Assembly: GCA_023663085.1 (NCBI GenBank)
Contig: JAMPIB010000001.1
Location: 32,046 to 96,045 of the forward strand
Direction: 5' to 3'
DNA from: Ruminococcus sp.
GTDB lineage: Bacteria > Bacillota > Clostridia > Lachnospirales > Lachnospiraceae
DNA: 64,000 nucleotides
The notes under the pieces are model-generated. The model saw only the letters and a list, made by a program, of their open reading frames with translations. It had not been told where the DNA came from and did no database searches. Shown piece after piece: positions 59,344 to 64,000 of this stretch. The translations under genes were made by a program, and so were the position numbers. The stretch's first letter is position 1. Every line of letters starts with the position of its first letter.

Positions 59344-61413
59344 ATGTATTTGGAACAACAGAACAACCGACTTATCATCAGATCCGGGCGCACACAGGTC
59401 TGGATCGAGCCATGGGGCGAAAACGCCCTGCGTGTGCGGATGACCGGCGAGGCAGAAATGGATGCGCACGACTGGGCCTTAACAGAGAAAGTTGCAGAGA
59501 CACAGGCCAGTATCACTTTTGAAGAAATTGACGTGACCGATCCCTGGTATCGTTCGCAGGAGTATGCGAAGTATCACCAGAAAGGAACGCAGGCGACGCT
59601 TGTAAACGGCAAGATCACCGCCAGAGTCTCGCACGAGGGCTGGATCAGCTTTTATAATCAGAAAGGCGAACTGCTGACGGAAGAGTACTGGCGCAACAGA
59701 GACCGTATCAACCGTTACTGCGTGCCCCTGCGGGTAGAAGCCAGAGAACTGAAACCAATCCAGGGCAGTACGGATTATGAACTGACAGCCCGCTTTGAAG
59801 CCTATGATGATGAGAAGATCTTCGGCATGGGACAGTATCAGGAGAAACATTTGAACAAAAAGGGTTCCGTTCTGGAACTGGCGCACCGGAACAGTCAGGC
59901 CAGTGTTCCTTTTATGGTATCGAGCAGAGGCTATGGATTCTTATGGAATAATCCGGCCATTGGCACGGCCGTCTTTGGCATGAACAAAACGGAGTGGTCG
60001 GCTAAGAGTACGAAAAAACTGGATTATTTCATCACGGCGGGAGATACGCCCGCAGAGATAGAGAAGCAGTATTCCGCGGCAGCAGGCAGAACGCCGATGA
60101 TGCCGGAGTATGGCATGGGTTATTGGCAATGTAAGCTGCGTTACCGGAATCAGGAAGAACTGCTGGCAGTAGCCAGAGAACATAAGAAAAGAGGACTTCC
60201 CATGGACGCTATCGTGGTGGATTTCTTTCACTGGACGAGACAGGGCGAGTTTAAATTCGAGCCCAGGGACTGGCCCGATCCCGAAGCGATGGTCAGGGAA
60301 CTGAAAGATATGGGTATCGAGACGGTCGTTTCCGTCTGGCCGACGATAGACGAGCAGAGCGAAAACTTCGGTGAAATGGCGCAGAAGGGCTATCTTGTGA
60401 CGGCGGATCGTGGTAATTCCAACCATATGACATGGATGGGCAATACCATATTTTATGACGCAACACACCCCGGCGCACAGAAATTCGTGTGGGAGAAATG
60501 CCGGGAAAATTATTATAAAAAAGGCATCCGCTGTTTCTGGCTGGACGAAGCGGAACCGGAGTACGGGCCGTATGATTTCGACAACTACCGCTATTATGAA
60601 GGGACGGCCCTGCAATGTTCCAACCGTTATCCGGTCGGCTATGCCAAAGGATTCTATGAAGGATTGAAAGAAGAAGGTGAGACGGATATCATGAGTCTTG
60701 TGCGTTGTGCATGGGCGGGCAGTCAGAAATACGGCGTGCTGACATGGTCGGGCGATATTTCTTCTACGTTCCGCGCTATGCGCGAACAGCTGCAGGCGGG
60801 TCTTAATATGGGTATGGCGGGCATTCCCTGGTGGACTTCGGATATCGGCGGGTTCTTAGGCGGCGATATCCAGGATGAAGATTTTAAGGAACTGCTGGTG
60901 CGCTGGTTTGCATGGGGGGCTTTCTGCCCGGTATTTCGTATGCACGGCGAGCGTTCGCCCTGGTATGAGAGGGAGCAGGAATATATCAACGGTGTGAGAC
61001 AGTTGACGAGCGGACAGGACAATGAGGTATGGAGTTTCGGCGAGGATAATTATAAAATCCTTTCTAAATTTCTTTTTATCAGGGAAAAACTGCGTCCTTA
61101 TATCAGAGCCTGCATGAAAGAGGCGTCGGAGTCGGGCGCGCCGGTGATGCGGCCGTTATTCTATGATTTTCCGGAGGACGCGGCCTGCTGGGAGGTAGAG
61201 GACGCCTATATGTTCGGTCCCGATCTTTTGATAGCGCCGGTGATGGAAAAAGGTGTCTGCGAAAGAAGCGTCTATCTGCCGGCCGGCTGTAAATGGACGG
61301 ATGCCAGTACGAAGAAAGTATATGATGGCGGTCAGTGTGTGACAGTTCCGGCGCCGATAGAAATTATTCCCGTTATGATAAGAGAAGGAAAGCAGTACGA
61401 TATTTATGGATAA
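59344..61413 (+). CDS. GH31 alpha-glycosidase (alpha-xylosidase/alpha-glucosidase)
   Basis: GH31 motifs (FWLDEAEPE; WTSDIGGF) and 689 aa. Confidence 0.8.
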   Translation: MYLEQQNNRLIIRSGRTQVWIEPWGENALRVRMTGEAEMDAHDWALTEKVAETQASITFEEIDVTDPWYRSQEYAKYHQKGTQATLVNGKITARVSHEGWISFYNQKGELLTEEYWRNRDRINRYCVPLRVEARELKPIQGSTDYELTARFEAYDDEKIFGMGQYQEKHLNKKGSVLELAHRNSQASVPFMVSSRGYGFLWNNPAIGTAVFGMNKTEWSAKSTKKLDYFITAGDTPAEIEKQYSAAAGRTPMMPEYGMGYWQCKLRYRNQEELLAVAREHKKRGLPMDAIVVDFFHWTRQGEFKFEPRDWPDPEAMVRELKDMGIETVVSVWPTIDEQSENFGEMAQKGYLVTADRGNSNHMTWMGNTIFYDATHPGAQKFVWEKCRENYYKKGIRCFWLDEAEPEYGPYDFDNYRYYEGTALQCSNRYPVGYAKGFYEGLKEEGETDIMSLVRCAWAGSQKYGVLTWSGDISSTFRAMREQLQAGLNMGMAGIPWWTSDIGGFLGGDIQDEDFKELLVRWFAWGAFCPVFRMHGERSPWYEREQEYINGVRQLTSGQDNEVWSFGEDNYKILSKFLFIREKLRPYIRACMKEASESGAPVMRPLFYDFPEDAACWEVEDAYMFGPDLLIAPVMEKGVCERSVYLPAGCKWTDASTKKVYDGGQCVTVPAPIEIIPVMIREGKQYDIYG

Positions 61414-63214
61414 TAAATTCCGCAGGATTTCTTTTTTTACTAAATATAAGATTAAGAGACAGTTGTATTTGATGTATGCGGCGGTCGTCGTGATCCCTGT
61501 AGCCTTGATTGGTATGTTCCTGCTGGTATATACTTATCAGATGATGGTCAATTATCATACGGATATGTTGGATTCCGATAACCGTCGTGTGCGGAATATC
61601 TTATTTGAGATCACTACGCAGATCTATAATATATCAGAAAATATTTCTTTCGATAACGGGATCAGAGAGGTCCTGACGGGGGATTTTGCCGACAGACAGG
61701 AATATATGGAGGCGGTTGCGGGAAATGGGCTTTTGGATAATTATGAAAAGACCTATACGGAGATCTACTCGGTAGAGATTTATACGGATAATCCGGCACT
61801 TTCTGAATATAAACAGTTCAGACCGGTGAGCGGGGAGATAGAAGAACTGCCGTGGTATCAGAAAGCCATTTCGCAGTCGGGCGTTTTCTGGAAAGAACTT
61901 TCTTGGGAAGATGGAAATGGCAACCGTTATTGGAATCTATGTCTGATCCGCAAGATCCCGTTGGTCGATTCGCCTTATCATGCGGTACTGGTGCTCCGTA
62001 TCAGTGATAATTATCTACGAACAAGGGTGGATAACAGCGAGTATATCAGTATGGTATCAGTGGATAAAGGGCCGATCCTGTACAGTTCCGACCGGGAAAA
62101 ATATGGTCTGGCCCAGCCGTGGATGATAGATTATGACCAACCGTATTTCCGGTATGTGGGACGGGCCCGTATCGAGGGAGAAAGGTGTTTTATCAATGTA
62201 TCGGCGTTAAACACCTATCAGTCGGATTCCCGGATCTATGTCTGTTCGCTCGACAGGCAGGGATACGGTGATATCCTCAGTATTTTGAATATATGCTGTG
62301 TGCTCCTGTTAGTGGCGTTGACGATACCGGGATTCATGATCCGCTATTTTGCAGGAAACTTTACAGAAAGAGTAGGTGTACTCAGACAGGAGATGCACAA
62401 GGCGAGCAGGCAGGACTATGAACTGATCTCTACATTCCAGGGAAACGATGAACTTTCAGAAGCCTTTGACGATCTGCAGGTCATGGTACAGAATATCAAG
62501 GAACAGGAGGCGAGAGCTTATGAGGCGCAGATCAAAGAGCAGGAACTTATGATCCGGCAGCAGGAGATGGAATTTAAGATGCTGGCAAGTCAGATCAATC
62601 CGCATTTTCTGTATAATACGTTAGAAACAATCCGCATGAAAGCATTTACGGCAGGCGATAAGGAGGCGGCAACGGCCATCAAACTGCTCGGACAGTCCAT
62701 GCGCTATGTTCTGGAAAATACAGGAAATCATGAGACTACATTAAAAGAGGCGCTCGATCACGTAAACGTTTATATGAAGATACAGCATCTGCGTTTCGGA
62801 GAGCGCATCCAATATGAGACGAAGATTGAAGAGGGACTGCACCCCGCCGAATACAATATCCTGCCGCTTTTACTACAGCCTGTTGTAGAAAATGCCATCG
62901 TACATGGACTGGAAGAAAAAGAAGATGGAGGCCGCATTCTGCTTTCGGTATACAGCGGAAAAGAAGAAAATGCCGGTCTGCTGGTGATAGATGTGGAGGA
63001 TAACGGCTGCGGCATGACACAGGAGACGCTCGATAAACTGCATGAAGATATTGCGATACGGGATATGAGCCGTAGTAAGAGTATCGGCTTATATAATATC
63101 AATCAGCGTATGAAACTGCATTACGGAGACGGATACAGTCTGCACATTTATGCATCGCCCGGACGAGGAACGCGGGTCAGACTGATGATTCCGGCGGAAA
63201 ATACGGGGCGATAA
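61406..63214 (+). CDS. Sensor histidine kinase (YesM-like, HisKA_3/His_kinase plus HATPase_c), no adjacent response regulator
   Basis: Two TM segments flanking an extracytoplasmic domain, a HAMP-like region, a His kinase motif (QINPHFLYNTLETI) and an ATPase domain (VENAIVHG; DNGCGM). Confidence 0.85.
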   Translation: MDNKFRRISFFTKYKIKRQLYLMYAAVVVIPVALIGMFLLVYTYQMMVNYHTDMLDSDNRRVRNILFEITTQIYNISENISFDNGIREVLTGDFADRQEYMEAVAGNGLLDNYEKTYTEIYSVEIYTDNPALSEYKQFRPVSGEIEELPWYQKAISQSGVFWKELSWEDGNGNRYWNLCLIRKIPLVDSPYHAVLVLRISDNYLRTRVDNSEYISMVSVDKGPILYSSDREKYGLAQPWMIDYDQPYFRYVGRARIEGERCFINVSALNTYQSDSRIYVCSLDRQGYGDILSILNICCVLLLVALTIPGFMIRYFAGNFTERVGVLRQEMHKASRQDYELISTFQGNDELSEAFDDLQVMVQNIKEQEARAYEAQIKEQELMIRQQEMEFKMLASQINPHFLYNTLETIRMKAFTAGDKEAATAIKLLGQSMRYVLENTGNHETTLKEALDHVNVYMKIQHLRFGERIQYETKIEEGLHPAEYNILPLLLQPVVENAIVHGLEEKEDGGRILLSVYSGKEENAGLLVIDVEDNGCGMTQETLDKLHEDIAIRDMSRSKSIGLYNINQRMKLHYGDGYSLHIYASPGRGTRVRLMIPAENTGR

Positions 63215-63301
63215 GATGATAATGAAACAAAGATAAAAAAGTGACGGTATTTTTTATCAATTCTTTCCGGTATTTTTATGTTTATAAATTTTTTATAATA
63301 T

Positions 63302-63348
63302 AAGCATCAATGAAAATAAGTATATTATATTTTCATTGATGCTTTTTA
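63302..63348 (+). terminator. Perfect 17-bp-stem hairpin (terminator-like) after the histidine kinase gene
   Basis: aagcatcaatgaaaata / tattttcattgatgctt with a 7-nt loop, followed by TTTAT. Confidence 0.5.
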
Positions 63349-63390
63349 TGGGAATAGGAATAACTAATTTAACAGGAAAGGGGACAAAGC

Positions 63391-64000
63391 ATGAGTGCAA
63401 AAAAAGCGCAAAAAGAAAAGGTGATCAAACCGAAGTTCAGTATGCAGCTTATGTGGAAACAAAGATATCTGCTTCTGATGTCGGTTCCATTTTTGATCTG
63501 GCTGATCATATTTAAGTACATACCGTTGTGGGGCTGGACGATGGCTTTTCAGGAGGTAAAACCCAAGACAATGGTACTTCCCGTATGGGAGAGGCCGTTC
63601 GTCGGTCTGGAGAATTTTGCAAAGGCTTTCAGCGACCGTGTATTCGGTCAGGCTCTTCTCAATACGATCGGACTCAGTATATTGGGAATCGCTTTTGGAA
63701 CATTCATGGCAATTTTGTTTGCCTTGATGTTAAATGAAATATGTTTTGTCAGATTCAAGAAGATAACGCAGACAATCTCTTATCTGCCGCACTTTGTATC
63801 CTGGGTTGTTATCGCCAGTATCGCCAAGATGGTATTGAATGACGGCGGTATGCTGGATACGGCACTTGGCACAAGACTGGGACTTATGAGTACAAACTCC
63901 CCGCTATTCTGGTTTACGGTCGTACTGATCAATATCTGGAAAGAAGTAGGCTGGGACGCTATCGTTTATCTTTCTGCAATGGCCGGTATCGATCAGGGAT
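63391..64000 (+). CDS. Sugar ABC transporter permease (LplB-like), 3'-truncated by the window edge
   Basis: An ATG at 63391 after AGGAAAGGGGA and an LplB-type N-terminus (LMWKQRYLLLMSVPFLIWLIIFKYIPLWGW). The ORF is open to the window end. Confidence 0.75.
   Translation, partial: MSAKKAQKEKVIKPKFSMQLMWKQRYLLLMSVPFLIWLIIFKYIPLWGWTMAFQEVKPKTMVLPVWERPFVGLENFAKAFSDRVFGQALLNTIGLSILGIAFGTFMAILFALMLNEICFVRFKKITQTISYLPHFVSWVVIASIAKMVLNDGGMLDTALGTRLGLMSTNSPLFWFTVVLINIWKEVGWDAIVYLSAMAGIDQG

Noticed and set aside
1-64000. A search for CRISPR arrays, rRNA or tRNA genes, integrases or transposases, and prophage blocks.
   Set aside because: I saw no regularly spaced direct repeats, no rRNA- or tRNA-like conserved segments, and no recombinase-like ORFs. 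The only compositional island is the roughly 0.9-kb AT-rich RelA/SpoT-domain module.

Overview
This 64-kb window looks like chromosomal DNA from a spore-forming Clostridia-type Firmicute. Lachnospiraceae-like is my guess, from the sporulation genes (spoVT, a SpoIID-like protein, SpoIIQ-like and SipL-like proteins), the RBS style and the carbohydrate-utilisation content. Most of the window is dense core and accessory metabolism. It contains the 3' end of mfd, a GH5 cellulase lipoprotein, murF-ddl, an M19 dipeptidase, spoVT and an SOS mutagenesis cassette (Y-family polymerase plus a YolD-like protein, with a Cheo-type LexA box upstream). It also carries an Opp-type ABC importer in A-D-F-B-C order, an M20 amidohydrolase, a DegV-GNAT pair, a T-box-regulated ileS and glgP. 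Further along come an AraC regulator with an LplBCA-like sugar ABC system and a GH53-like enzyme, then hflX, an MCP and an aconitase-family enzyme, followed by a sporulation/cell-envelope cluster: an EF-hand-like protein, a SpoIID-like protein, two degenerate LytM proteins and a bactofilin. The rest is pyrC-pyrK-pyrD, a SipL-like protein, and a xyloglucan-oligosaccharide locus (two GH31, one signal-less GH74, a YesM-like histidine kinase and an ABC permease). The most interesting element is a short, visibly AT-rich two-gene insertion at 18.07-18.91 kb on the minus strand. It encodes a divergent RelA/SpoT-domain small-alarmone-synthetase-like protein, followed by a 74-aa ORF that overlaps it by 29 nt and has a strong internal RBS. 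This architecture is typical of toxSAS-type toxin-antitoxin and defence modules. Other points of note are a recurring GGGAGAAT...ATTCTCCC palindromic hairpin at three intergenic sites, a heavily nested inverted-repeat region downstream of ddl, a MurF with a 4-TM N-terminal extension, a G10 homopolymer, and an orphan histidine kinase in the xyloglucan locus. No CRISPR array, rRNA or tRNA gene, or obvious integrase or transposase was seen.
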